64,000 nt of DNA, taken from contig NMRA01000290.1 of NCBI GenBank assembly GCA_002633005.1, positions 126,748-190,747 on the forward strand, written 5' to 3'. The notes under the pieces are model-generated. The model did no database searches, was not told where the DNA came from, and was given only the letters and a program-made list of their open reading frames with translations. Both the position numbers and the translations under genes were made by a program. This document shows, piece after piece, positions 1 through 14,500 of the stretch. Source of the stretch: Phoronis australis. Taxonomy: Eukaryota; Animalia; Phoronida. Position 1 is the first letter of the stretch. Each line of letters begins with the position of its first letter.

Positions 1-1915
1 AAAATTAATTGCAATAGAAAAAATTCATTCTTGGACGAATCTCGCGAAACATCATTTTTGTGGTGTCCGAATTTGGCGTACCTCCAAATTTGGGTTTCCG
101 CTGGTGTCCGAATTTTGTGGGTGTACATTATTTCGACGAGCGGTCGTAGTATCAACATTAATGCTGGCTCGGTCATTTGATAGCAGTTTAATTGCAGGTC
201 AATGAAACTCAAATGGTCTTCGAGATCAATTTTTAAAAAACTAGCTTTCCAATAGGAAATGTGCATTGTCGACGCGCAAAAACCGTTCCTGACAAGTGTT
301 GGTTCTTCTTTTCAAAAATACGCTTTCTCAATATTCGGCTTGCATTGCCGATGCTCAAAAACCATTCTAGGCAAGTGACTGAATCTTTTCAAAAATGCGT
401 TATCTCACTTGAAAAATTGGGCTGCATTGTGAAAAAAATGTTCCTGGTGACAAATATAGGCTTTCCAATGAGTGCGTCTGATTTGCATTGTTGACGCACA
501 TGATAAGTTCCAGACAACTGATTCTCTAAATTTGTAAAAATGTGTTTTCTCAATAAAAAATATGTCGAGTTTGCGTTGTTGACACACGAAGAGCGCCCCG
601 ATAGACGCTTTTTTAATTTCCCAATAAAAAGCTGGACTTGCATATTCAACACACAGAGTGTTCCCGACCATCAAAACATGCGCTTTCTCAGTTTTAACGA
701 ATTTTGCGTTAAATGTAACAGTAATGGATGTGGGAACGAGTGAAGAAAGTGATGAACAATGATGAGAACATAGTATTATATTTGTTAAACGTATCCATGC
801 AAAATGTCTGCTGGTTACAAACCGAAGTTAACTCTGACGCGTTTATTTCCATATTAACTGAAAGTTCAGTTTCAACATGAAAACGTCGAATGACCAATTA
901 TCCGAACTAGATTGAAAAGACAATCATGATAGTAAAATGAGCAGTTTCCCATCGACTCGTGATCCCCATTCGTCGTTCTGGTAGTCATCTGAATTGTTTA
1001 AGAAGCGCATCGGACTGGGGACCACTGTCGTTCTACATGCTTGGGCCTACTGCAAACGATTGGAATGTGTCGACTCGTACAGTGCTGCGCAGCTGAAGAC
1101 ACGATTATCTAATATATGTAGAAGGGCGTTGTCTAGAAAGCGAATGCAATTTCAAATGCTACCAACATCAAATTCACCCAACCGTTTTTTACAGTTAAAA
1201 CTTTTCTCATCCACAGCCTTTGAAATGCCTGATGTTAACTCAGTGATGCACTGGCGCGTCTTCATGCAACTGAGGTGACCTAACACATCTGGGTTTGCTT
1301 ACGATTTTAACCACAGTGAAAATTCCGACTTGTGAAATCAGTTCGTGGATAAAATGAAACTGATAATCGTTAGCATTTTCTGATAATCTGCGTGGCAGGT
1401 AACAAGGCCGATTCTTCTCATCGTTACCAGTTTAACGCCATCCACAGTCGTCACCAGCTCTCCCTCAGTCACTACTAATTTCCCATTTGTATTTTCATCA
1501 GAAATTTTTGTCATGCGGGACTAGTCGGTAATTCTTTTCATAGATAAAGTGCCAAACACAAGCTAAACGCAAGACAATCGAGTAACGGTCGTGAAATCGT
1601 CAAGACAAGGTAAAAATTACAAAGCCCGTTATAGCGATTCTCGGATTCAAGCCTTATAGAGTAGTAATCATCCGTTGAACACTTTAGTGACACGAGAGTT
1701 GCTTCGATCCCATATTAGCGTTTTTAATATTTTCCTTGTCCGAAAGTCGCGGGACAAAAATCAGATGTTTATGAATTTGTCCGAAATTCGAGGATCATTA
1801 AAAAACAGTTTTTGGACCTTGTACAAATTTCTTGGACTATGAAAAACTCATTTCGGAAATAGTTATACTTGTCCAAAAATGGCGGGCCATCCGAAAATCG
1901 GGCAACTTTACCGTA
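1..1915. mobile_element. Probable end of a non-autonomous DNA transposon (Tc1/mariner-pogo-like terminus), likely inside an intron of the NO VEIN-like gene
   Basis: CpG-richer block that ends abruptly in ...ccgaaaatcgggcaactttaccg|TA, which resembles a pogo/Tigger-type terminus with a TA target site. Short GTCCGAA(A)TT motifs recur at ~65, ~106 and ~1779. No transposase ORF; the other end is not visible. Confidence 0.4.
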
Positions 1916-2510
1916 TGATAAATAGTGATTCAAAGATACCTTATGAAACATAATACATACTCTTGATAGATAAGTATAATGATATCTGAAAATTAAAGAT
2001 AGACATTTTTGTCTGCGGTTACTCTTAACTGCTAGCACTGACGGTAACAGATGATGATGATTTTTGGTTGTATATCTGGGTATATCGATCGCTGTGCCTC
2101 TAGTGGCCATTGTACTTTTCTGTGTTCAATGATGGCTTTTTTTGGTATTTGACAAGTGGGTATTAAGAAAACAATGATCCCTTTTCATTTATGAATGAAT
2201 TTGACATATTCTGTGTCACCTAGTGGGCAGTTTTATTATTTTTGAGTCTATGGTTTGACACAATATGGCTGACAAGTGCCGGAAATTTTACTTGCCTATT
2301 TTTCCTAGAAAGACATGTTGCACCAAATCAATGCTTTCTCAAGTTCTGTACCATAGGTACCATCAAGGAATGTTTTGACTAATTGTTTGCATTCTCAACA
2401 ATTCAAGAATTAAGCTCTTGAAAAATGAAAACAGGAATTATTGGTAATTATTTTTGTCTGAAATTGGTGAGATTTTATCGTAATTGCATTGTGAATTCTG
2501 TGTGTTACAG

Positions 2511-5500
2511 ATGGGTGACTAACATTGTGTTGCCATTGAAAGATGACACTGAACTGGATAAGGACCAGAGTCGATCACTTACTGCTAGTTTCCAAGATAT
2601 TCAACCCACTCTACTGCTCTTTCTGCACAGACTCAAGAATATAACTGTAATCAACCAGGTATTAAGGACAAACTTTTCCCTTTCAGTGTTTGAAAGTTTA
2701 AGTTCATGAAACAAATTTTGATAAGAATTGAATAGATTCAACACTTCATCCCAAACGTCGCACTTTTAACAATCTATTTTGGAAAATTAGCAACATGGTT
2801 ATTCTTTACTTATTGCCAAAGATTTTCAGTTTTCAAACTTTCAATTAAGGCTAATTACCATGCTGCAAATTATTGAATCTTAACCCTAGTCCTGCTAACT
2901 GTAGGTTTATATGGTTTCAACATTCCAGGCTGTCTGGCTAATGCCAGAGTTTTCCATCTGTCTAGCATTCATCTAAGTGGGTCAAACTCAAGTCAAAAAT
3001 AACGGCCAATCAGAAAATTTAAAATTTCACTCGTCCACCTTGTGTACTAAATAAGTGAACAATTACTTTACAATTTTGTATTTTCCGTTGAATTTTAATT
3101 TTTTGAACAATCAAGTGTGCCAAGAACCTTCCTGTTTTGCGATTATGGTAACTGATGGGACTCGTCTGTGCTCTATTAACATAGGGGCATACCATCTGGT
3201 GAATTTCTTGCAAGTTTGTTGAGGTCACTCAGCCAAGTGGAATGTGATTAAGCTTGTCTTCTTGTTATCGCACCCTCTATAGAAAAGTCATTGGTGTCCG
3301 GGCCTGGAATATTGTGTTATGTAAAAAAATTACAGTGAACTCATTCACACTGTTCCATAAGCCAAGATTTCTCTCAGCAAGTGCGTCATAAGTGACAGGC
3401 CACATAACAACTGAGGAAAGATGTTTAACAGGTTCAATAGATATAGTGCAGAGTATTATAGATTATACACCATGTTTTTGTCAAATCATTACGGTGTTTT
3501 CCCGTTGATTCCAACTTGTTCAATTCTATATCCTTAACAACAAGTTGGGAAGATGAACCCTGTAACCAATATCTTACACGACTGATTAACTCCATTCTGG
3601 CATTTATGGTTGGTCTCTTTTGTTCAATAATTGCTCTAATCTGTAATAAGATCTTATCTAGCCTGGCTCGGCTGTGCTGTTAAAAATAAACGTTAGTTAT
3701 AACATATTTGAATTCCTCGTCAAATGCCGATCATGTTTAGTTTTTGAATCGCCAAAATCACCTGACTGCAACCGAGGTTACGTCAAACTATTCTTTCCGA
3801 ATGTACCAATTCGCTCTGGGTCCAGTTTAATTGTGTTCACACGTGGTCTGTAACAAGCCTGGTAGATAATTGGCTTGCCTGTTGTCATATTAGACAAAAA
3901 CTGTGCTTGGCAGTTAACAAGGAGCTAGATGTTATCACACACTCACAACCCTCTACCTCTGGTAAAGTCACTGAACCGGAGAAGGCCATTATGACCTTTA
4001 ATGATTTGTTTGGGCAATTAAGTGCCAGGACTTAGAAGTAGAAGTAGAATACAAAGCTGTAACTTCCAAGTTGGTATTTTGGGGAGTGTGTGTAAGTCTA
4101 CAAACAAGCTTCTGTTTTTAGGTAACAGGAAGTGTTGCTGAGATGTCCAGGAGAGATGTAAGTGAAAAAGTCATAGAAATCCAGACATCTTCCTCGAAAG
4201 ACAGGTGGCTTGTGGTTCGTAAACAGTTGAAAGTTTCTGGAAAGGTACAGTTTGAAACCATTCATATCAACATTATCTCATTCAAATAATTTTATTATAA
4301 TTTTAAATTGTGATCATTGTTTTTTGCTTCAAATCAGATTTTTCACCAACAATGTCAATCTAAAGTTAAAAGAGAATGTAATTCTAATTTCTATACTAGT
4401 GTCAGAAACGTGTACATGTTTATTACCCATGTTTAACATTGATTCCTTCTTCTTAGCAATGTCATCGTAACAATGTGCTTTCATTTGATATTTTTCAGTT
4501 TGCACAGCAGTATGAGAATGTGGAATACTCTGAACTTGCCCTTGCTTTTCCAATAACCAATAGAGGGCACCTGGAGAAACAGCAAGTGTTTGCTTATCTT
4601 CCTCTCCGAAGCTTTGGATTCAGCTTCATCATTCAAGGTACTTAATTAGTCATTTCTTTTGTTTGAGTACTTGTAGCTGCTCTTAAAATAGTGTCTTATC
4701 TGTCACCTAGCAATATTTCGTCAGGAGGACCAAGATATTTCCAGATGTGATACAGCATTCACAAGAAGCCCCTATGGGCTCTTTGGACAAATGCGGTGGG
4801 CTGTTTCAGAAACTTCTATTGCTTAATTACTACAGCACCCTCATTCAGCAGTGGTCTTTAAAAGTATTTGTAAGAAGGCATAAGGCACTGCTCTTGAGAT
4901 TAGAAACTTCAAGTCAGTGTTGGTGGCATTAAGGGATATGATTTGCTTATGCCTAGAATTTAACTTTGGTTGGCTTGAAATGCTAAGCCTAGCTGCTTTC
5001 TCTTTAGCAGCAGTTGGTTACTTTCATAGTTTGTGACGCATCCACTGACATATCTCTGATCAACTTGAAGGACTTTAAATTAGTTAATGATCATTTTAAA
5101 AAATTGAAATTCAGAAAATTTTGACATTTTGCCACATTTCCATTTCTGTGTCCCAGAAATGCAAAATAATGAACTTTTTCATTTTTGAACAGCAAAAGGT
5201 TGTTAAGTATAAAAAAAGAGAAATAAGACATAGAGAATCCTACACAAGTCTCAGGTTTATGACATGGGCAAAACCTCTTGGAAATTTCGTCGAAATCCCG
5301 AGGCTTGATATTAGTGTAGATTTGTTTTCTCACATGAACTGTAAAAACGATCTTTTTTGATGAAAAACTAAACGTGTCTAAAACTTCCAACCACATAACG
5401 CAACTTCTGTAAAAACACGCTTGCGCAATGTAAAGTAATTCAGAGATAAATCAATCCCACAGATTTTGCTCTCATGATCCAGCAGTCATGGTTGTGTAGT

Positions 5501-8500
5501 TAGTGAAGTAACAAACTGGGTTTCAAAAGGGATACATATTAAAGGCTTGTTTTTTATATGTTCCAACTGACTTTGAAATCCCGTCGTCTTGGCGAGATCT
5601 TGATAATGACTGTGCCTGGAAAAGGCATACATATTAAAGGCTTGTTTTTTATATGTTCCAGGTGACTTTGAAATCCCGTCGTCTCGGCAAGATCTTGATA
5701 ATGACTGTGCCTGGAACCAGTGGCTTCGTTCAGAAGTTCCGACACTCTTTGTTGAAAGCTTGGATGTATTTAAGGTGCATTTTTTTGAAATCTGGACTAA
5801 ATATTTTTAGTAATAACCTATGATGTAGCCCTAGCTTTTAAAACTTGAGTTGCTTTGATCTATTTCTATTTGTACAATGAGTTATTAGGTCACTGCTGCA
5901 TGGTGTCCAATTTGGTTTATGCTACAAAGAAAAGGAAACTGACACACATTCTTAATAATAAATGGTCTTTGTTGTCAGGAACACAAGGACTACAGAGATA
6001 AATTAAAGGCTTTACAGGCATTCCTCAAGTTCGTGCCATCAAGAGGCGAAATTGTTGATTTCTTTGAGCCTGTCGCAGCAAAAATACACACGCTTTTGGG
6101 TGGAAGGTCTTGTTTACCTGTTGAAGACAGTGATGGAGGTAAGATTTTGTCAGTAACAAATGTCTAAGCTTTGATAGGTCTGGTTTATTTTCATTGTCTC
6201 CTTTACTGTGCGTGAAAATGAGCTCCAAACTGCAAACAAAAGTTGTATGTTTGGGAAACTTCACTCACTGCCACCAGTGACGCCTGTTGGCAACAATTAA
6301 GAAATTATTGCAACAATGTGCATTGATGTTAGTAACCCATATGCACGGTATCAAATGATTTCTTGGTAAATTATTCTTCAAGTTGTGTAAAGCCACGCCA
6401 TTCAATTTTTTCAGTGAGCTTGGATAAATTTATTCGTGATTTCTGTGACAACCAAACTGATATGAGTTAGATTAACAGAGAAAATGTATTATATGGCATT
6501 GATTATGAGAATGGCAATACGTAAGGGAGTGAATTGGGAGTGGGGGCGTCATGGTTCACCTAGTATGTAAAATTATGGATTCCACAATTCACATTCGCAT
6601 TTGGAAAATTGTCATTCATGAGCTACGAAAAATCCCTTCTCCCCTGCTATTAGGTGCAAGTTTTCAACTAAAAATAAGTTATTTTATTCAAAAAATTGCA
6701 AAATTGTGAGCAATCAATAAAACATAATTCTCAGAAACTTTCTTTTCTAGCCATCTGTGATTGGAAGAAGCCATCAGAAACGGTTATCTGTCTGCATGAT
6801 GTTATGCGTGCAGTGATTTCACCAGATCTTTTATTCAGCCAGCTTGGACTTTACTATCTGCACAGGAAAGTACTGTCTGCTTCTAACGAGTCACTGCTTA
6901 GAAGTCTCGGTGTTAAGAGTTTGACATCAGCAGACGTAGTGGACATCCTCGTTACTGTACATGACCAGAAGACTAAGTCAAGTGAAGGTGAGCTGTTGTG
7001 ACTTTTTAACCTTAATTGTCATGAAGATTGCTGTTTCTGACCTAACTTTCATGAATCAAGAATCGCAGTTTTGATGGTTATTTTGCACCTTAACTGTGTC
7101 AGGTCTTAACAAGACTTAAAGCAAAATAGTCTGCAAGACATATCAGTAATACTGGTAGATGTTAAGCAACATAGATATTTTTACAAATGCTCCAAACTCT
7201 CTCTTATATTATTCACTTGGAGCTTCTAGTGTTAAACACAATGCCTCAACCTAGCCATTGAGCTACATTTAATGATAATTTATGTGTCAGTGACATGTTG
7301 TCCCTCATTTTACTGGTCATTCCACATGTCAATGCAACTTTAAATTATCCTTCTTCTGATTTTGTTCCTTCATAATGTTATGCAGATAATGTGGTGTGGA
7401 CTTTTATGTATTCCGTTTCTTTTAAGGTTTCACATTGACTGAAGTAGCAGAATGGTTTGCATGCTTGGCCCATTTTTTGAATGAGGGCTATGCAGAAAAC
7501 AGAGATGCTCTGCTGGAGAAAGTTAGGCAGCTTCCACTCATTTTTCTCAACAATGGACAGAGTGTGAGCTTGTCCAACACCACTGTGTTCTTTCCCTTTG
7601 AAGATGAGAAGAAGAAGAAAGGTGTTGTTATTAATTTGTTTCTGTTGAGCCCCTCTTGTATTTATTTCCATTACATAATATAGTTAGTGAAGTTGCTTGG
7701 TTGCTGCTGAGGGCCCAACTATTCTATAGTTGTATTCATTACTGCTGTTTGTGCAAAATAAGTTAAGACTGGATGATAGACCTCTTATAGTGATTTCAGT
7801 GCTCACTAAAGCAGATAAGGGAGTTTCTCATGAAGCCTGAACTCTGGGTGGCCTCTAAAACACAAAAATCTGTCAACTACAGGATGTTGAAATTTGATTT
7901 GCGTCAGCTGATAGCTTTTGACATTATTGTGTGTTTGTTATGGATCACTATTTTTTCAATATTATGAATGTGGCATCTTATTGATAGTTTTCCAGGGTTA
8001 GGGAGCCCTAGAGCATCCCGTTTGTTTTTACTTCAAAAAATTTGTTTGCATTTGTGCCCCCTCACAACTGCCTGCCAGTGTGAAGATGCTGTCTATGCCA
8101 CGCATTGAAGATTATACTGAGTGATATTTTTCAGTGAACAAACAACAAACTGCCTTTAAATCACTTCAAGAAGACATCAACACGGTGAAGTCCAGTCTGT
8201 TCAACTCGCTTGATGATGTCAAGAACTCCATGATCAAAAGGTTGCTGGAAATTCTAGGTGTACGACACATTACATCACATGACGTCATCCACGAACATAT
8301 AATCCCTGCTTTTAAAGACAACTCTGTGTGGAAGGTACAAACAACTTTTTTTTTCGCTCATCAAAATTTTATGCATTGGATACCATTTTAAATTTGAAAT
8401 GTGATACGGGTCGTAACAAATTTCTGTTGTTTCAATATGAAAATTCAGACATTGTTTGGAAAACAATATAGCATATAACATGAATTGTCATTCAATTTTG

Positions 8501-11500
8501 TCCAGTGCTTGTTAACCTATTTCCAAAATGCAAGGCTGACTCATTCCAATAATCTTCATCTCAACTTCGATTGTGACTGTGTACTTACAAAGTGACTGCT
8601 GTTTCTTATTAAAATCTTAGATACTAAAAGCTAGGTTGTCAGCTGGTCTGTTTATGGCTGGGTTCTCATTGGCAAGGGACTTCTTCCTAGTTGTAAGCTG
8701 CATATGGCAAAAATTGATAATTGGTGATGTTATTTGTGTTTCATGATTTAAAATCTGAAAGTTGTCTAGTTATCAGTAATCATATTATTAAGGGTTTGTA
8801 GGATCCTAGAAAAATATTCAAATTTGTCAAACTTTGGAACATCATATTTCAGAAATGAATGATGGGACACATTTCTCCAAAATGCTTTAGGGATTGTTAT
8901 CAAAATGTTCTACATTTCCATGAGTCTAACAAGAAATTGAACTTTAATGATTTTTATGAAAAAAGGAAAATTTACATAAATGAAAACAAAATGATAATAT
9001 ATGGAAAACTGTAAAGCTGACTTTTGAGGTTTTATCTTGAACGTTTATATCAAAACGAAATTTGATCATGTTACTGATACCATTGTTGTGCTATGAATGC
9101 ACCTTTCTTTGTCACTACATTTTAATTACTGAAAACACATGGTCACGTGTCCCAGTTTGGTCAAAAATCAAATTCTACAAGCGTCCTATTTTAAAGTTAA
9201 GTACGCCTTTGTAGATATTTGGGTAAACTCATAGACTTGTCGATAAGGTCCTAAATTATCTTTAATACTGGCTTTACTGATTAAATCTAATTTCCTGAAT
9301 TACCGATGTCTTTGTAAAGACATTGTTGAATGGATCCTGGTCCATGCTCTATAATTACGGTGTGAAAGTTTTGGTGCGTCAAGTGAGTAAAGTGTTTGTT
9401 AGGCTGCTATGGGACTGTCATGTAAATGCCTATTGGAACTTAAATTCATGCTAGCTAATGTACTTGTTTTGTGAGGTTCTCTTCATCATAATGCATAAGA
9501 AGGTGCCACTGCACACTCGACTCAGACTAATATGCAATACTTGGAAAACTGCATAGAAATCAATAAAGAGACCCTACCCACCCCTGACATTATACGACTA
9601 GTCCACTGACCATCAAAACAGGATACTCACCCAAGCCTATACCTGATAGACGATAAAGTTAAATCCACCAAGGTAGTACCACAAATACTCGAAGGCCCAC
9701 ACGCCCACCCACCTGAGTCTATACTTGAGAGCAAAGAAATTCTTCTTTTGTGGGCAGCACGTTCTTATCAACACCTTATACGGGGGGAGGTCTTCCATCT
9801 TAGATAGGTGCAGGTGTGAAACTAGGTGGTCTGGTGAAAATGCATGCCATACGCCCTGGAACACTCCCTAAAATTTCCACCACATTTGCATGTTATCTGC
9901 TGCTAATATTTGGCTTAGTAGTTTGTGTACTGTAACTTCTTGTTTCTTAGTTATTTAGTAAAAGGTTTTAATGGAAATCAAGCTTGTGCCCTTGCTCAAT
10001 TTAAGAGATGTCCGTCGTAAGGCAAATATGGCTGCAACTTCGTTTCGTTCAGTGACCATCCCAAACCAGAAGTGGTAATGGTGAAATTAGGAAAAGAGCT
10101 TGTTTTACTATTTTTTAATAACTAGAACTGAGAATTCTACACAGTGCAGTGGTTGTTATTACAAAAAGCACACCAATTCTACTTGGTGGGGGCTGGTATG
10201 ATAAATTGTGGGACAAAATTCTTTCGCCGCAAGAGTCTTGCATTATGGAGCATGACTCGTATGTACTTTAAACAACTTAAATTATACACTTTATCTTGTT
10301 TATCAACGAAAGATACTGAAGCCAAACTGAAAGAGCATCATTTGGAAAATTAAAGTTTTGATGAATGTCGTTTGTGTTAAAAGTAGTTTAGGGAAGTTTT
10401 TAACTACACAGTGAAGCTAAAAGAGTTTCTTAATATCAGTTTTCAAACAATTTATAAGATTATAACAACTTGATTTCAGAATTCGCCAAATGTATTGTAT
10501 CTTGCCGTGCCTGTACAAAGCAGCTGTTATCACATGCTTGTACTTGTCACATATTTGTAGCTGCATAACTGTAAAATTTTTTCTTTCAGACAAAGTCTGT
10601 TGACATCCTTGTGGCATACGTGACATTCATTAAGCAGGAATGGCAAACTAACATAGATGCTGTCGAGATGAACGCTCTCAAGGAAGTGATCCAGTTGAGA
10701 ACTTCTAATGGAATTCTGAATCCATGTGAAGCTGATATCTGCTTCTCACCTAAGTATCATATTGTGAAGCAACCCTTAGACTTGGGGAGAGATTTTCCAG
10801 GTTAGATTTTTTTATTGATAAGCTCATGCAGCGCCCTCTTTGAAAACAATTTGATTAAGGTTTTGGGGTAGAACTCTTTACTTTAATTTGTTTTTAGCAT
10901 ACAGAGTTTGTGTTCCTTATTACGCAAAAGACTATAACTTAATGTTTTGACAGGAAGATACCACTGCTATGTATATTCATTTCAGTTTAACGTTAGCGAT
11001 TTTGACCGACCGAACTACTGTGAGTCTTAACAAAGCTCCCTTTCAATTCGCCCATAGATCATAGCTAACATATTTTGTAACTCCGGGATTGTTTCGTAAA
11101 TGTCCTGGTGGAGGCATCAGTTACATTTTTGTGCTGGGTCATACACCAATTGAAACTTCCAGTCTGCAGAAATGCATTCTGTGAGTTACACCATTTCACT
11201 CCATGTAACCATGTGCAAATTGGTAATGCAGAGAAGACCATAGAATTTTTTTCGGTGTCCACAACATTGCTGGTATAGTTGCATTAGGGATATACAGAGG
11301 TAGCAGTCTGATTACTGATAGTTTTTCTTGTACCTGAATGTGTGCTAATGACAGGAATTAACTGTGATTTGTTAAACTTTTGTTACATCGCTAACAAAGT
11401 ATTAATCAAAACTTGTTGTAGGTGTGAAGTGGAACCTTCTGCATCCTAGCTATATCAACGATGTGGTTTTGCGGGAAGACAAAGAAAAATGGAAGAAGTT

Positions 11501-14500
11501 CTTTGAACTTCTGGGCGTTGAAGACTTCATCATTGTTCGCCGAAAAAAACTGAAACTAACCCGAGAAGATCTGGTAAGCCAAAGTGTTTGCTTGGTCTTT
11601 TCTCAAATTAATATCTGGGCTTTTGAAGAATTGCATGGTATTCCGTTATTGCTTGAAACCTGATGCTCAGCACATAAAATGATCAGCTGGTCAATCCAAT
11701 TTCTTGATCAAACAGTCTGCAGTATAGCAAACTGCAAGTTCTTCCAAAGTATGGGAATCACTTTTATTGAGAGGTCATGTTGTGTTTTCTTCGATTCTGA
11801 TTGGTATAAGTCTGGTTTTTTTGCTCAGATAAAAAGGAACTGGGCTTGCACTTGGAACAAAAAATATTTGGTTATGGAACAAGGTCAATGAATTCTATTC
11901 CACGATTCAACCGTCCATTCCCACTGCGTGACCAATAACTTATCAGTTACTGCTGTTTTGCTGAGTTGGCAAGTAATCTCCTGAGCACACTCATGGAATA
12001 CTCACTTTTATGCTCTTGTGATTTTGCAAGATCTTACATTTCTTGCAATAAAACTTGTACTACGTAATGCTACCCTGGTTCAGGCTAGCATTTACTTAAT
12101 TGGTTTTCCATTCAGTGGTCTAATTGCAGCTAGATGTCCAAACACTTGATGGATTAAGACTCCGATTGCACAATGCTTAATCTTTCAGAAAGTGTCCCAG
12201 TGGTCTACAGCTGAACATTTTCTGCCAAATTGGGAAGAGTCCTTTGTTATCCATGACTACAGCAGTGATCATGTGGAACAGCTCTTCAGCAACTCTCTCC
12301 ATGTTGATCAAATGAAATACCTGTACCGGTACATATCTTATTGGTGGATGAACCAGTTCAACTCCTACAAGTCTGTAAAGATTTGGGACAAGGATGAGCA
12401 AAATGTCTTGAAGGATGGAATGGATTCTTCCTTTTTTACAGCACTGAAGCAAAAGGAATGGTTGCCAGTTACAGCAGTAGCTCGACAGACGTCTTTCTCC
12501 CAAGTGCTTGTTAAGGCGTCAGATTGTTACTTAAAGAATGACAGGGTTTACAAGCTTTTTGCAGATCACGTTCACTACCTGAGCAATGAGGGTGCCTTGG
12601 AAAATAACCCATTTCCTGTTGAGCTTGGAGTTTGTGTAAAAGTAACAACAGAAGACATAGTCAGCAAGGTTAAAGATTGGGCTTCACAAACAGACAACGA
12701 TGGTATAAGGATCTTTAAGACATCTTTGCAACATATGAAGTTTGTGTATGACTACATCGACAGGTATTTGGATGAAGAGAAAATTGGAGGTGAAGAAAGA
12801 ATGAAGTTGTTTTGTGAAGACCCTGGCATTTTTGTGCCGTTCAAAGCTGCTAGGGATGTGCAAGGTCAGATTCAAGAACATGTCCCTGTAGTTGGTCAGT
12901 TCCACTCATTTGATAAACTTTGCTGGAGAGATCCAACTCGTCTGTTTGTAAAGTACAAGCCAAATATTGAAGATGAGCACGGGCAGAAGTTCAGGCGCCA
13001 GATGATCCAGCCTTATTACGAATCCATGAAACATTTGTTCAGAGATACCCTGGGTGTCATGGAGTCGCCATCTTTCCAAGAGTATGCTTGGTTGCTGGTT
13101 TCCATAACTGCAGAAATGAAGCTGCCATGTACAGAAAATATTCATGATGTTTATAATCTCTACCGGATGTTGGGCTCTAAATGTCTCATGAAAAAGCTAC
13201 AGAATGAGGATTTAGGACACCTGCCTGATTTTTCCAAAGTTCCTTTAAGACCAGAGGTTGTCACGGAGATGAAAGAGATTCTGACGTCTTCTCCAATATT
13301 TCCAACAACAGATAACAAATGGGTAAAAATGGAAGATCACCCTTTGCTTCTGGATAAGGAGGAAATTGCTGAAATTTTCAGTCCTGAAAACGAAAACACA
13401 AACTCCTGCATCTACTTCATTAACATGGAGCCACTCTATGTTGGTAAGTTTCATCCATTTTGCATGTTGTTTTTCATTTTTCATGACCTGTTATTAAATC
13501 TAGTTCAAATGTTTTAGTGACACGGCCTTGTCACTGTACTGTAAGTTGTTAACGTTCTCACTCACTGACCAGCTAAATACCATTTTTTCATTGTCTCTCC
13601 AAGGTTACTCCATATTGTGCTTATTAATTTTTTCAAATAAAAGCATCAATGTTTTGCATGCTTTCAAGTGACTGTTTGTTAACAAAACAATAGATTTATA
13701 TTTCATACTAACTCTTTCACTGTCAAGTACCTCTGTGGGCAAACCAATAACTGGCAGCTTCAGTACTTGTTTGTTGTTGACCTATGGTTAATCCTTTCAT
13801 GAGAAGTAACTACAGTTTAATGACATTATCAGACAACAAGAAGACAATTTCATCAAATCTCAAGCAAAAGTGTATCTCAAAATAGATCTCACTTTTCAAA
13901 AGGAGTTTTTGCTGATCGCTTAACTCTGTCGAATTTTGATTGATGCAATCGCCTCTAAACTGTCCAATGTTGACGTTTAATTGACTCAAAAAGATTCTGA
14001 TTCGGGATCTACCTGACAAATATCTGTCTCAACTCATGATGTTATAGTTATAAAATGTAAAACAGTGTATTCATAAAAGTTTCAGGACAATCAACCAGCT
14101 AATAAAATTTTAGAGACGTTTTTAGTGATTGCACCCTGACATTATCCTTAAACTTTATTAGGGATTGGTGAATGCTATTTTAAAAATGTGGCAATAATGA
14201 AAGAGTTATAAATTCATGATGAATATTTAGTTGTAATGCTAATTATTCATGCACTTCTGTACATATTAATTTTCTAGGGCGTCAAGATCGTATGAAGGAT
14301 AATTTCTGGATGGATATATTTTTCCGAGTGACTGATGTTAAGAAAGTTTCCGAGTGCCTGGAGCAGGAGTACATACCTGTTGGTAGTCGTCCTAGTCCCA
14401 GTGTGCAGAAGTACTTGCATGATGCTGTTCCCTACATCCAGAAATATCTGTTGAAGAATAACCCGGAAGAGTACGAGCGACTCGTTTCTACTGGCATCAA

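Noticed and set aside
261-2110. Short ORFs as genes or a transposase
   Set aside because: No recognisable motifs or splice structure; they lie in a repeat-like block.
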